A DNA stretch of 64,000 nt from Clostridia bacterium (lineage in GTDB: Bacteria > Bacillota > Clostridia > UBA1381 > UMGS1253): positions 39,342-103,341 of the forward strand of contig JAZQCN010000095.1 in assembly GCA_045546315.1 (NCBI GenBank), written 5' to 3'. Below are positions 1-9,872 of the stretch, piece by piece. How positions within the stretch are numbered: position 1 is the stretch's first letter; each line of letters opens with the position of its first letter. The notes under the pieces are model-generated. The model had not been told where the DNA came from, did not search any database, and worked only from the letters and a program-made list of their open reading frames with translations. The position numbers and the translations under genes are program-made.

Positions 1-1
1 G

Positions 2-1234
2 TTGCGGCTGACCGTACATAAACATCGTTACCTCATAGCCACCACGGCATTTTACATCCTCGGTAATAAAGTAGCCCTCACTGCCGTTTGTGTTCGACAA
101 AGACAGCACGCGCTTATCTTCAAAGCAACCATCAATACGCATACCGATTTCAGAAAACAATTCATATGGGAAGGACGCAAATACCAGGTTGCCAAAGGCA
201 ACTACCGTCTGCTGTATCGGAATGCCTATTAGCTCCGGCTCGCTGTTTTCGTATGCAGCAATCGTATCCAATGCATATTGGCGCAGTGCGCCCTCAAAAT
301 TCACGGTATGCTCTTTGTATTTTTCGTAGAGCGCTTTCGCTTCCTCAAGTGGCAATCTTGCCTTGAGCGGCACTAAAATTTCCTTGCCTTCGCATATCAG
401 CTCTACCGCTTTGTAATCATAAATTTCTTTATAAATGCGCACGGCATCCTGCGCCGCAATATGGCCGAGCTCTTCAGCATAGCGGAAGCCCGTATACATA
501 CCGCCGGTGGTGTCTCCATTGGAAAGACGCGGGCCGACATCGCCCTCCGCTCCGTTAAAGAATGCGGTAATTGCACCGCTTTGATCCTCCAATTGGTCTG
601 TCATAAAGCCCGACCAGTCGCGGGTAATTTCCAAATTTCTGCCCGCCGCCGTACCGTGACAGCCGTAGTGAATCATATTTGCGACAACCGTGCCGGCTTC
701 ATTTTTAAAGGAAATAACGGTCATTTGCGGATTGAACGGTCCCCACGGATTCTGACCGAGCACTATGCGATTGTCCTCAGTCAGCTCGCGGCGATTTATA
801 CCCACATAGCTGTTACCGCTTGCCGTACCGACTGTTACCGCCTGCGTATTATTTATTGCCTGTTCGGCTGCCTTCAGGATGCCCGGAATCAAAATGCCGT
901 CGCAGTATTCCTTGTCAATACCGCCCCAACCGGCCTGCCCATTTGTATTTGGACCGGAATGGGTATGCGTTGCGCTGATGATACATTTCTGCTTCGGAAT
1001 ACCGAATTTTTCAGAAATCTGCGCAAGCACTGCCGCTGTCATTTCGGTGTTCAAAAGACAAACTGTTACCGAAACCATCAACGCCTGCGCTTTGCCCTGC
1101 TTAAAATAAAATGCGGTCGCCGTCAAATCATCCGCCACAGCGTTTGAAAACACATTCGGTGAATAGCCATAAAGCTGACAACCGATTTTCGGCGTAATGA
1201 TTTCGCGTGCAACGCCCATATACAGTTTTTCCAT
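2..1234 (-). CDS. Neutral/alkaline ceramidase N-terminal-domain-like metallo-hydrolase, 3' end cut by the window edge
   Basis: Absent from the ORF track because it runs off the edge. Manual translation from ATG at 1234 (GGAGG RBS): MEKLYMGVAREIITPKIG...SATHTHSGP...HYGCHGT...FFNGAEGDVGP...FPYELFSEIG...GGYE, motifs typical of this family. Confidence 0.75.
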   Translation of the reverse strand, partial: MEKLYMGVAREIITPKIGCQLYGYSPNVFSNAVADDLTATAFYFKQGKAQALMVSVTVCLLNTEMTAAVLAQISEKFGIPKQKCIISATHTHSGPNTNGQAGWGGIDKEYCDGILIPGILKAAEQAINNTQAVTVGTASGNSYVGINRRELTEDNRIVLGQNPWGPFNPQMTVISFKNEAGTVVANMIHYGCHGTAAGRNLEITRDWSGFMTDQLEDQSGAITAFFNGAEGDVGPRLSNGDTTGGMYTGFRYAEELGHIAAQDAVRIYKEIYDYKAVELICEGKEILVPLKARLPLEEAKALYEKYKEHTVNFEGALRQYALDTIAAYENSEPELIGIPIQQTVVAFGNLVFASFPYELFSEIGMRIDGCFEDKRVLSLSNTNGSEGYFITEDVKCRGGYEVTMFMYGQPQ

Positions 1235-1384
1235 AGCGATCCCTCCGCCTTGCTCTCTTTGATTTCATTATATAGCGCACCACGCATATTTTAAAGGGCT
1301 TTTCTTCTTTTATAATTCGCAAAAATTCTGATTTGCTTGACACACAAAACAAAATATAGTATTCTGTTTATAAGGATGTGAGAA

Positions 1385-2215
1385 TTGATGCTTCACCAAA
1401 AGTTATTAACCGGGCAAACGCCCTTCTACGCAACGGTCGGTACTGCAAGCGCCTTCCCACTGCATCGGCACCCGGACATTGAAATCAGCTATTGTCAAAA
1501 AGGCAGCTATAAAATTGTTATCAACAACCAAACGCATACCATCAGTGAAGGCGAATTTGCCCTAATTTTACCGCTGGACCCACATGAATATCCCGACTCA
1601 GAAAACACGGATGCACAGAGCCTCACCCTCATGCTCGGTCCGAATTTTTTAGGCGAATACTACAAGCCTTTTATTCACTCTGCGTTTGAAACAGTCTACT
1701 CCCTTAAGACAGACGCACCCGAAAGCACTACCTTGATGCACCTGTTTGAAGAAATCTTCCATTTGCGAGAACACCCTACGGAATTTTCAACATTGAAAAT
1801 TCACGGTAATCTTTATCAGATTTCTGCACTGATGCTCGAGCATTTGCCAATACAGCAAAGCAAAAAAACACATACAAAAAATCTGCAGGATCTTTCCAAA
1901 ATCGAAAAGGCGCTTGAAATCATTCATCAAGACTATGCCGAGCCGCTTTCTATCGATACAGTCAGTCATATATGCGGCTACAGCAAAAGCAATTTCTGCA
2001 CTACTTTTAAAAACATCACGGGCACAACCTTCCACAGCGTATTAAATCAGCACCGCATCGAGATTGCGTGCCTGCATTTACAGGGCAGCGACTTAACCGT
2101 GGAGGAAATTGCCGAAAAGGTCGGCTTTGCCGATGCAAAATCTTTCTGCCGCGTGTTCAAAAAGCAAATCGGCATTACCGCCGGAGAATACAAGAAAAAG
2201 CACAGAGCCATCTGA
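1385..2215 (+). CDS. AraC family transcriptional regulator with N-terminal cupin
   Basis: PLHRHPDIEI cupin; C-terminal double HTH (IAEKVGFADAKSFCRVFKK); divergent from the ceramidase-like gene. Confidence 0.9.
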   Translation: MMLHQKLLTGQTPFYATVGTASAFPLHRHPDIEISYCQKGSYKIVINNQTHTISEGEFALILPLDPHEYPDSENTDAQSLTLMLGPNFLGEYYKPFIHSAFETVYSLKTDAPESTTLMHLFEEIFHLREHPTEFSTLKIHGNLYQISALMLEHLPIQQSKKTHTKNLQDLSKIEKALEIIHQDYAEPLSIDTVSHICGYSKSNFCTTFKNITGTTFHSVLNQHRIEIACLHLQGSDLTVEEIAEKVGFADAKSFCRVFKKQIGITAGEYKKKHRAI

Positions 2216-2233
2216 GCCTCTGTGCTTTTTTTT
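2195..2233. terminator. Bidirectional intrinsic terminator
   Basis: AAAAGCACAGAG...CTCTGTGCTTTT between convergent genes. Confidence 0.7.
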
Positions 2234-2774
2234 ACCCTTCCATATGCCTTGCAAAAAACCCGGCTGCCGCCTGCGCAAGCTTTTCCTCCGCCTCGCTCGC
2301 AATCGCCTTGTCATCGGAAAAGAATACTACACTCCCTAAGCAGTCCCCCTCAGCGATAATCGGACAAACGACGCTTGCAAAGTGCTTGTCCGTGCCGTCA
2401 ATGAGCGGCACGAGCTTGTTTGTGCCGACTGCCTTGACATAGCTTGTTTTGCCGTCCATCAGTCGTTCCAACTCTGCGCTGACCGGCTTCTCCAGAATTT
2501 CGCGCTTAGAGGCACCGCTGACAGCAATAACGGTATCACGGTCGGTGATGCAGGCGGGCAGATTACTCGTTTTGGAAAGCGACTCTGCATACTGTGCGGC
2601 AAATTCGCCAAGCTCACCGATGGGCGAATATTTTTTAAAAATCACCTCGCCGTCACGGTTGGTGAAAATCTCAAGCGGGTCGCCCTCGCGGATGCGCATC
2701 GTGCGGCGGATTTCCTTCGGGATAACCACCCTGCCCAAATCATCTATTCTTCTTACAATTCCCGTTGCTTTCAT
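2232..2774 (-). CDS. spoVT: Stage V sporulation protein T (AbrB-like N-terminus + GAF)
   Basis: MKATGIVRRIDDLGRVVIPKEIRRTMRIREGDPLEIF...KKYSPIGEL signature. Confidence 0.96.
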   Translation of the reverse strand: MKATGIVRRIDDLGRVVIPKEIRRTMRIREGDPLEIFTNRDGEVIFKKYSPIGELGEFAAQYAESLSKTSNLPACITDRDTVIAVSGASKREILEKPVSAELERLMDGKTSYVKAVGTNKLVPLIDGTDKHFASVVCPIIAEGDCLGSVVFFSDDKAIASEAEEKLAQAAAGFFARHMEG

Positions 2775-2807
2775 AAAAAATGCTCCTTTTGGTTTTAGTT
2801 ACATCTC

Positions 2808-2836
2808 TATTGTGTGCAAGCAAGGAATTTTTATGT
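2808..2836 (-). promoter_or_regulatory. Putative sigmaG-type promoter of spoVT
   Basis: Minus strand ACATA-N17-CACAATA resembles GHATA...CATxHTA; spoVT is sigmaG-dependent in model spore formers. Confidence 0.45.
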
Positions 2837-2868
2837 AAGGGAAATGGTGGAAATGATTTTTTGCGGCT

Positions 2869-3345
2869 TTACGCCTCTTCAAACAACGGGTGCAAATAAT
2901 ATACCGTATCATTCGAAGAAGAGCTGCTGTCCGACGAATGACCGTAATGGTATTGCCAGAGGCCGTGCTTCTTTTTGGCTGTATGAATCGAAACATATTC
3001 ATAGCCTTTGTTGAAGGTCGGGTTTTTGGAATAAAAGGAACGGTCCACAAGCGCGATAATCCCGAAAAATGCGCCGTCCTTTACCAAAATTTCCTCGTCC
3101 TTGATTGGGCGGCAATATGTCTCGCTGTCAGCGCTGTTTTGATCATAGCCGTGGTCATCCTCATGGTAGGCATCCAAATCAATTCTCCAAAGATCTGCCT
3201 CTGCGCGTATTTTTTTGTATTCATCATCACTGTATTCTGTCTCGACAACATGAATGTCCGGCTCCTGGCTTGTCCACATAGGATATTCCGGGCTGCCGCA
3301 CACAAGCATGTCCGTTGTTTTTTCGGAAACGGTAAAAAGCTTCAT
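2869..3345 (-). CDS. Hypothetical acidic protein (158 aa)
   Basis: ATG at 3345 with GAGGGG RBS, directly after the asparaginase; no family recognised. Confidence 0.65.
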   Translation of the reverse strand: MKLFTVSEKTTDMLVCGSPEYPMWTSQEPDIHVVETEYSDDEYKKIRAEADLWRIDLDAYHEDDHGYDQNSADSETYCRPIKDEEILVKDGAFFGIIALVDRSFYSKNPTFNKGYEYVSIHTAKKKHGLWQYHYGHSSDSSSSSNDTVYYLHPLFEEA

Positions 3346-3361
3346 TGTATTTTCCCCTCTT

Positions 3362-4339
3362 CTATTCTTTAAATTCATTTGCAATTCTTTTTTGCATAAA
3401 TGCTTGAACATCCTCGCCCATACTCAGCGCTGCCCACGCCTTCATATACATGGAAACAAAGGTGCAATACGGCAGAGTGCCGATATGCAGCGCTTCAAAT
3501 AACTTTGTGCTTTCATAGCTGACACCGCCACGCACATTTGCCGCATAAACCGGGATGCCCTTTTCCGCTGCACTTTTGCAAAATTCTGCAAAGCACGCAT
3601 TTTCGGTATTGAGCGTTGCCGAATGGTAGGGCTTTACAAGCACAGCCTTCACCCTTGCAAGGTCATAGGCATAGCCGTCGCCCGGATGACTGTCAACAAC
3701 CAGTATCTCCGCACGCTCTGCATACTGCACTGCACCGAGCGCATTTATTTTTTTCGCCGTCGGCACGGCATTGACTTCAATTTTATCGGTATATATTGCA
3801 TAGGGCTGACCGTCGATACTGTGCAAATCCGCATCGCACTCGCGGTGCTGTAAAAGCCTTGTCGGAATATGGATGCCCGTAAAGCCTTCCCCATCGTTTT
3901 TATAGCTGACAAACACGCCGCCGCTTGCTTTGCTTTTGATAAATTCCACAGCAGCTTCAAAGTTTGAAAAGCCGTTCGTTCTTGCATCCTCCAACGGATA
4001 TGCCGCAGATACAAACACAATCGGGATTTTACAATCGCCGAAGGCATACTCCGCCGCTACGGCACTGTATTGCAGCGTATCCGTGCCGTGTGTTACGATG
4101 ATGCCGTCGTAATCTTTTGCAAGCTGCCGCGTAAGCTCGGCTTGCAAAAGGTTTAACGCCCCTGCCGAAAGGTTTTCACTTAATATACTGTACGGCGAAG
4201 CCGTAACAAATTCAACTTCCTTTTGGTATTGCTCAAAATGCTTCAGCAAAATATAATTTGCCGCACTGTCGACCGAAACCCAGTCTTTGTTTGCGCGACT
4301 ACCAATCGTTCCGCCCGTAAACAGCACAAGAATTTTCAC
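3362..4339 (-). CDS. L-asparaginase (type I-like)
   Basis: FTGGTIGS and VTHGTDT catalytic Thr motifs; GTG start with AAGGGG RBS. Confidence 0.9.
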   Translation of the reverse strand: MKILVLFTGGTIGSRANKDWVSVDSAANYILLKHFEQYQKEVEFVTASPYSILSENLSAGALNLLQAELTRQLAKDYDGIIVTHGTDTLQYSAVAAEYAFGDCKIPIVFVSAAYPLEDARTNGFSNFEAAVEFIKSKASGGVFVSYKNDGEGFTGIHIPTRLLQHRECDADLHSIDGQPYAIYTDKIEVNAVPTAKKINALGAVQYAERAEILVVDSHPGDGYAYDLARVKAVLVKPYHSATLNTENACFAEFCKSAAEKGIPVYAANVRGGVSYESTKLFEALHIGTLPYCTFVSMYMKAWAALSMGEDVQAFMQKRIANEFKE

Positions 4340-4570
4340 GGCCGTATGTCCCCTTTCGTATAATCCTCCGCACCAGTATACCATATTCCATACCCTTTTT
4401 CAACCGTTGCAAGCATCCTTGCGCAAAAATGCACAATAAAGCATTGTTTTTCGACAAATAATTTTTAAAAAATATCATTTTGACAAATTCTTGCAAATGT
4501 GGTAAACTATGAATACGGAAAAGACAATAATAAGCCGTATCGGCTTAAGGCAATAGCGGAGGACGACAGC

Positions 4571-5068
4571 ATGTCTTACGAAATTGGTGACAGAATTTTA
4601 TATCCTATGCACGGCGCAGGCACGATTGAAGCCATTGAGGAGCAGGAAATCCTCGGCGAAAAGCATGCGTACTATGTTTTGCGCCTTCCCGCCGGCGATA
4701 TGAAGGTAATGCTGCCGATTAAAAAACTCAGCGAAATCGGTGTGCGCGATATCATCTCTGCAGATGAAGGGCAGAAGGTTTTAGCTGCAATTCCGGGCGA
4801 AATCGCAAATGACGATACCAACTGGAACAAGCGCTACCGCGACAATATGGAGCTTTTGCGCACCGGCGACATTTACAAGGTGCTCGATGTTGTAAAAAGC
4901 TTGATGCTGCGCGACTATATCAAAGGGCTTTCCACCGGCGAGCGCAAAATGCTGTCCAACTCGAAGCAGATTTTAATCAGTGAGCTTGTTTTGTCCGGCA
5001 CGACCGAAGCAGAGGATGTGGAAAATCGTCTGGCCGATGCCATTGCAAAGGCTGCAACCGCAAAATAA
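4571..5068 (+). CDS. carD: CarD family transcriptional regulator
   Basis: IGDRILYPMHGAG...NWNKRYRDN...LSTGERKML. Confidence 0.92.
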   Translation: MSYEIGDRILYPMHGAGTIEAIEEQEILGEKHAYYVLRLPAGDMKVMLPIKKLSEIGVRDIISADEGQKVLAAIPGEIANDDTNWNKRYRDNMELLRTGDIYKVLDVVKSLMLRDYIKGLSTGERKMLSNSKQILISELVLSGTTEAEDVENRLADAIAKAATAK

Positions 5069-5081
5069 ATTGAACATATAC

Positions 5082-5114
5082 AAAACCGACATTCCTACGA
5101 ATGTCGGTTTTTTT
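5082..5114. terminator. Bidirectional intrinsic terminator
   Basis: AAAACCGACATTC-CTAC-GAATGTCGGTTTT. Confidence 0.8.
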
Positions 5115-5117
5115 GTT

Positions 5118-7016
5118 TTATTCCAATTCAAAAGCACCGGTATACAGCTGATAGTATTTTCCCTTTTCGGCAATCAGCGCCTCATGCGTGCCGCGCTCAA
5201 TGATTCTTCCGTTTTCCAAAACCATAATCACATCCGAATTCTGTACTGTAGAAAGACGGTGCGCTATCACAAATACGGTTCTGCCGTGCATCAGCGAATC
5301 CATGCCTTTTTGCACGATTGCCTCCGTGCGCGTATCAATACTGGAGGTTGCCTCGTCCAGAATCATAACCGGCGGGTCGGCAACCGCGGCGCGCGCAATC
5401 GCCAGAAGCTGACGCTGTCCCTGCGAAAGACCGCTGCCGTCGCCGGAAAGCACCGTGTCATAGCCCTGCGGCAGACGGCGGATAAAGCCGTCCGCACCGG
5501 CGAGGCGTGCAGCTGCGTACACCTCTTCCTCGGTTGCATCCAGCTTGCCATAGCGGATATTTTCCATAACCGTGCCAGTAAACAGATTCGTATCCTGCAA
5601 AACTATGCCGAGCGAGCGGCGCAGATCGCTTTTCTTTATCTTGTTGATGTTAATATCATCATAGCGCACCTTGCCGTCGGCAATATCGTAAAAGCGGTTA
5701 ATCAGGTTGGTAATCGTTGTTTTACCCGCGCCCGTTGCGCCGACAAAGGCTACCTTCTGCCCCGGCTCGGCGTAGAGCGAAACATCATGCAAAACGGTCT
5801 TGCCCGGTGTGTAGGCAAAGTCCACATCATAGAAGCGCACATCGCCCGAAAGCCTTGTGTAGGTCACAGTTCCGTCTGTATGCGGATGCTTCCACGCCCA
5901 AAGTCCGGTACGCGCGGCGCTTTCCGTTAAAACTCCGTTTTCCTCTTTTGCATTGACAAGCGTTACATAGCCGTCATCCGCTTCCGGCGCTTCATCCATC
6001 AGCTCAAATATGCGCTGTGCACCTGCAAGTGCCATAACGACGGAATTCATCTGCTGCGAAATCTGGTTAATCGGCATATTAAAGCTCTTGGACAGCTGCA
6101 GGAAGGTTGCAATCTTACCTAAGGAAATGCTCTTTGTAAACACAGCGAGCGCGCCGCCTGCAATCGCGATAATGACATATTGCAGATGCCCTAAATTATT
6201 GTTAATCGGGCCGAGGATATTAACAAACGAGTTTGCCTGCGTTGCATTTTCGCAAAGCGCCGCATTGCGGCGGTCAAACTCTGCCTTGGTTTCCGCCTCG
6301 TGGCAGAATACCTTTACAACCTTTTGCCCCTGAATCATTTCTTCAACAAAGCCGTTTACATCACCAAGCGCCTTTTGCTGCTTGGCAAAAAACTTACCGC
6401 TGTTGCCGGCAACCTTTCTGGTAATCGTCAGTACAAGGCTGACCGATACAAGCACAAGTGCCGTCAGCGGCAGGCTGGTGATGCACATAGAAGTAAACAC
6501 GGTAATAATCGTGATTACCGAAGAAAACACCTGCGGCAAGCTCTGCGCAAGCATCTGGCGAAGCGCATCGGCATCGTTGGTATAGCGGCTCATTGTGTCG
6601 CCGTGGGTGTGCGTATCAAAATAGCGAATCGGCAGTGTTTGCATATGCGCAAACATTTCGTTTCTGATATCGCGCAAAACGCCCTGCGCAATCGTAACCA
6701 TAATGCGGTTTTGCATCCAGGCGGATACAACGCCGACCGCATAAATCAGCGCCATCTGCCCGATGGCATACAAAAGCCCCGTAAACTGTGGATTGGCATT
6801 GCCCAGAAGCGGCGCAATATAATCGTCAATTAAAACCTGCAAAAACAGGCTGCCCGCTACATTGGCAAGCGTAGAAAACAAAATACACAAAAGCACCAAT
6901 GCAAATCGCATTTTATAGCGCTTTGTGACATAAGACAGCATTCTCTTTGCCGCTTTCCAGTCCATTTTCTGCCCCGGCATACGCGGCGCGTGTCTCGACG
7001 GAGGTGCATTACGCAT
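5118..7016 (-). CDS. ABC exporter, fused permease/ATPase (heterodimer partner 2)
   Basis: GATGAGKTT, LSQGQRQ, ILDEATS, AHRLST; N-terminal TM helices. Confidence 0.93.
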   Translation of the reverse strand: MRNAPPSRHAPRMPGQKMDWKAAKRMLSYVTKRYKMRFALVLLCILFSTLANVAGSLFLQVLIDDYIAPLLGNANPQFTGLLYAIGQMALIYAVGVVSAWMQNRIMVTIAQGVLRDIRNEMFAHMQTLPIRYFDTHTHGDTMSRYTNDADALRQMLAQSLPQVFSSVITIITVFTSMCITSLPLTALVLVSVSLVLTITRKVAGNSGKFFAKQQKALGDVNGFVEEMIQGQKVVKVFCHEAETKAEFDRRNAALCENATQANSFVNILGPINNNLGHLQYVIIAIAGGALAVFTKSISLGKIATFLQLSKSFNMPINQISQQMNSVVMALAGAQRIFELMDEAPEADDGYVTLVNAKEENGVLTESAARTGLWAWKHPHTDGTVTYTRLSGDVRFYDVDFAYTPGKTVLHDVSLYAEPGQKVAFVGATGAGKTTITNLINRFYDIADGKVRYDDININKIKKSDLRRSLGIVLQDTNLFTGTVMENIRYGKLDATEEEVYAAARLAGADGFIRRLPQGYDTVLSGDGSGLSQGQRQLLAIARAAVADPPVMILDEATSSIDTRTEAIVQKGMDSLMHGRTVFVIAHRLSTVQNSDVIMVLENGRIIERGTHEALIAEKGKYYQLYTGAFELE

Positions 7017-8742
7017 CGGCGCTCACCCCCTTTATCTGAGATGCATAGACTTCCTTGTAAATTGCATTGGTTTGCAAAAGCGTATCATGCGTACCGACCG
7101 CATCGACGCGCCCATTATCCATCACAATAATTTTATCGGCGTGCTCCACAGAGGAAATGCGCTGTGCAATAATAATTTTGGTTGTGTCCGGAATTTCTTC
7201 GGCAAATGCACGCTGAATCAGCGCATCCGTTTTCGTGTCCACCGCACTGGTGGAATCGTCCAAAATCAAAATCTTCGGTTTCTTCAAAAGCGCACGCGCA
7301 ATACAGAGTCGCTGCTTTTGTCCGCCGGAAACATTGCTGCCGCCCTGCTCAATATAGGTATCGTATTTTTTCGGCATTTTTTGCACAAACTCATCCGCCT
7401 GCGCCAGGCGGCAAACGCGCTCAATTTCCTCGTCGCTCGCCTCGGCATTGCCCCAGCGCAAATTTTCCTTAATCGTACCGGAGAAGAGCACATTCTTTTG
7501 CAGCACCATTGCTACACTGTCGCGCAGCACCTCTAAATCATAGTCGCGCACATCCGTGCCGCCGACCTTGACACAGCCCGCACTGACATCATAGAGCCTC
7601 GGAATCAGTTGCACTAAGGTAGACTTTGCGCTACCTGTGCCGCCGATGATGCCGACGGTTTCTCCCGAAGCAATCGACAAATTTACATCGTGCAGGCAAA
7701 TATTTTTCTTGTAGCCGAAGCTCACATTCTCAAACTGAATCGAGCCGTCCGGCACGGTGGTTACCGGATTTTCGCCGTTTTGAATGTCGCTTTCCTCCTC
7801 CAAAAGCTCTGCCACACGCTCGGCAGAGGCGCGGGAAATAACAATCATAACGAAAATCATCGACACGCTCATCAGGCTCATCAAAATCTGCATACCGTAA
7901 GTAATAAAGCTCATCAGCTGACCGGTGGTCATACTGCCGCCGACAATCAGGCGCGCACCAATCCAGGAAATGAGCAAAATGCAGGCGTACATACAGCTCT
8001 GCATCAGCGGCGCATTAAACGCAAGCAAGCGCTCTGCCTTGGAAAAATCTTTATAAATACTGTCCGAAACGGAATTAAACTTCTCGGTCTCGTATTCCTC
8101 ACGCACAAAAGCCTTGACCACGCGCATACCGCGCAGATTTTCCTGCACGACATTGTTTAAGCGGTCATAGGTTTTAAACACGCGCCCGAAAATCGGATGT
8201 GCATTCGACATAATCAAATAAAGCCCGATTGCCAGCACCGGCATCAGCACAAGAAAAATCAGCGAAAGCTTAGCATTGACAAAAACCGCCGCCGCAAATG
8301 AAAAAACCAACATCATCGGGCCGCGCACCGCAATACGGATAATCATCTGATATGCGTTTTGCAGATGCGTAATATCCGTAGTCAGACGCGTTACGATGCT
8401 TGCGCTCGAAAACTTATCAATGTTTGAAAACGAATAGTTCTGTACGCGGTAGAACGCATCATGGCGCAAATTTTTAGCAAAGCCTGCCGATGCGCGTGCC
8501 GCACTGCGCCCGGACAAGACGCCGAACAAAAGCGAAATCACGCAGGAAACTGCCAGCGCCAGTCCCACCTTCACGATATGATTCATATTGCCGACATCAA
8601 TACCGTCATCAATGAGCGTTACCATTAAAAGCGGAATCAGCACCTCCATGATAACCTCCATAGATACATAAAGCGGCGCCAAAATCGAGTCTTTTTTATA
8701 CTCGCGCACGCTTTGTAAAAGCCGTTTTATCAAAACCGTCAC
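7009..8742 (-). CDS. ABC exporter, fused permease/ATPase (heterodimer partner 1, degenerate site)
   Basis: GGTGSAKST, VSGGQKQR, ILDDSTS, AQR switch, the typical degenerate half of a heterodimeric exporter. Confidence 0.93.
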   Translation of the reverse strand: MTVLIKRLLQSVREYKKDSILAPLYVSMEVIMEVLIPLLMVTLIDDGIDVGNMNHIVKVGLALAVSCVISLLFGVLSGRSAARASAGFAKNLRHDAFYRVQNYSFSNIDKFSSASIVTRLTTDITHLQNAYQMIIRIAVRGPMMLVFSFAAAVFVNAKLSLIFLVLMPVLAIGLYLIMSNAHPIFGRVFKTYDRLNNVVQENLRGMRVVKAFVREEYETEKFNSVSDSIYKDFSKAERLLAFNAPLMQSCMYACILLISWIGARLIVGGSMTTGQLMSFITYGMQILMSLMSVSMIFVMIVISRASAERVAELLEEESDIQNGENPVTTVPDGSIQFENVSFGYKKNICLHDVNLSIASGETVGIIGGTGSAKSTLVQLIPRLYDVSAGCVKVGGTDVRDYDLEVLRDSVAMVLQKNVLFSGTIKENLRWGNAEASDEEIERVCRLAQADEFVQKMPKKYDTYIEQGGSNVSGGQKQRLCIARALLKKPKILILDDSTSAVDTKTDALIQRAFAEEIPDTTKIIIAQRISSVEHADKIIVMDNGRVDAVGTHDTLLQTNAIYKEVYASQIKGVSADA

Positions 8743-8878
8743 TTCCCTTCAGTAAACACATCTATTTTAATTTATCTCTGTATAAATTACAACAAATCCG
8801 GAAAAAATTCATAAAAGTTTCACAAACAATACGCTGCCGAATTCCATTTTCCGTTTTAAAACCACACAAAAAGCATCC

Positions 8879-9658
8879 CTACCGGGGATGCTTTTTATAT
8901 TCCATCGGCGAAACACCGACAGTTTTCCGAAACATTTTTGAAAAATTGAACACATCGCCATAGCCCGATAAAACGGCTGCTTCAGACACACTGTGCCCGG
9001 AAGCCAAAAATTCCTTTGCCTTTTCCATACGCACATGCACAATGTATTCCTTCACAGACTCGCCGTAGCGCGCTTTAAAAACTCTCGAGAGATAGCGCCG
9101 GTTCAAACCGAACCGCTGCGCCATATCCTCCACAGTTAACGCTTCCATATAGTTTAGCTTAATATAGCGGTGTACCTGCCCCGTCACATCCAGCGGCTGC
9201 TGCGCATTAAAAAACAAATGATGCATAATTTCAAAAATCGCCGCCGCACAGGAGTGCGCGCTGACCGCATTTATTTTTACCGCCTCGGCAATTTTTAAAA
9301 AGGTATCTTCCGGATAATCCACAACCGGCGCAATGGAAGAAAATTTTTCTGCAAGGCTGCCGGCAAACGAAATCCATACATATACCCACGGATCCTTCGG
9401 GTCTGCTGCATAGGTTGTAGTCTCCTCCGGACAGATTGTAAAAAATTGCCCCTCCGCTACCGGATAGGTCTCGCCCGTTTCGTGCTTTGTAAAGGTGCCC
9501 TTGCCGCTGATACAGTAATGCAAAAGATAGTATTGGCGTATACGCGGACCGAATGTATTGGTCGGCAGGCATTTCTCCATACCAACAAACAGCGGAATTA
9601 TATCATGATAAACACCGCGCTCCGCTTCTATCGGCACACTCCAAAAACGCTTATGCAT
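8879..9658 (-). CDS. AraC family transcriptional regulator
   Basis: FGPRIRQYYLLHYCISGKG binding domain; C-terminal HTH; GGAGG RBS. Confidence 0.9.
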   Translation of the reverse strand: MHKRFWSVPIEAERGVYHDIIPLFVGMEKCLPTNTFGPRIRQYYLLHYCISGKGTFTKHETGETYPVAEGQFFTICPEETTTYAADPKDPWVYVWISFAGSLAEKFSSIAPVVDYPEDTFLKIAEAVKINAVSAHSCAAAIFEIMHHLFFNAQQPLDVTGQVHRYIKLNYMEALTVEDMAQRFGLNRRYLSRVFKARYGESVKEYIVHVRMEKAKEFLASGHSVSEAAVLSGYGDVFNFSKMFRKTVGVSPMEYKKHPR

Positions 9659-9789
9659 AATTACACCTCCCATATCAAGTTACATTATAACATACACTTT
9701 CTCCAAAAGTCCATTGTTTTTCTGTAAAAATCCAAAAAACAGAGAAAAAATGACAAATTTTCATCTGTGCCCATTCAGCGTTTATTTTC

Positions 9790-9818
9790 TTGACAGCACT
9801 TTATAAAAAAGTTATAAT
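9790..9818 (+). promoter_or_regulatory. Consensus sigmaA promoter for the STAND operon
   Basis: TTGACA (9790-9795), 17-bp spacer, TATAAT (9813-9818). Confidence 0.85.
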
Positions 9819-9872
9819 AAAATCAGTAGATTTATATGCTTTTTTAAGCACGCAGATATCGGAGGAGATAAG

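Noticed and set aside
461-1147. 228-aa plus-strand ORF
   Set aside because: Antisense shadow of the ceramidase-like gene on the minus strand, which has the RBS and family motifs.
4980-5930. 316-aa plus-strand ORF
   Set aside because: Typical antisense shadow of an ABC ATPase domain.
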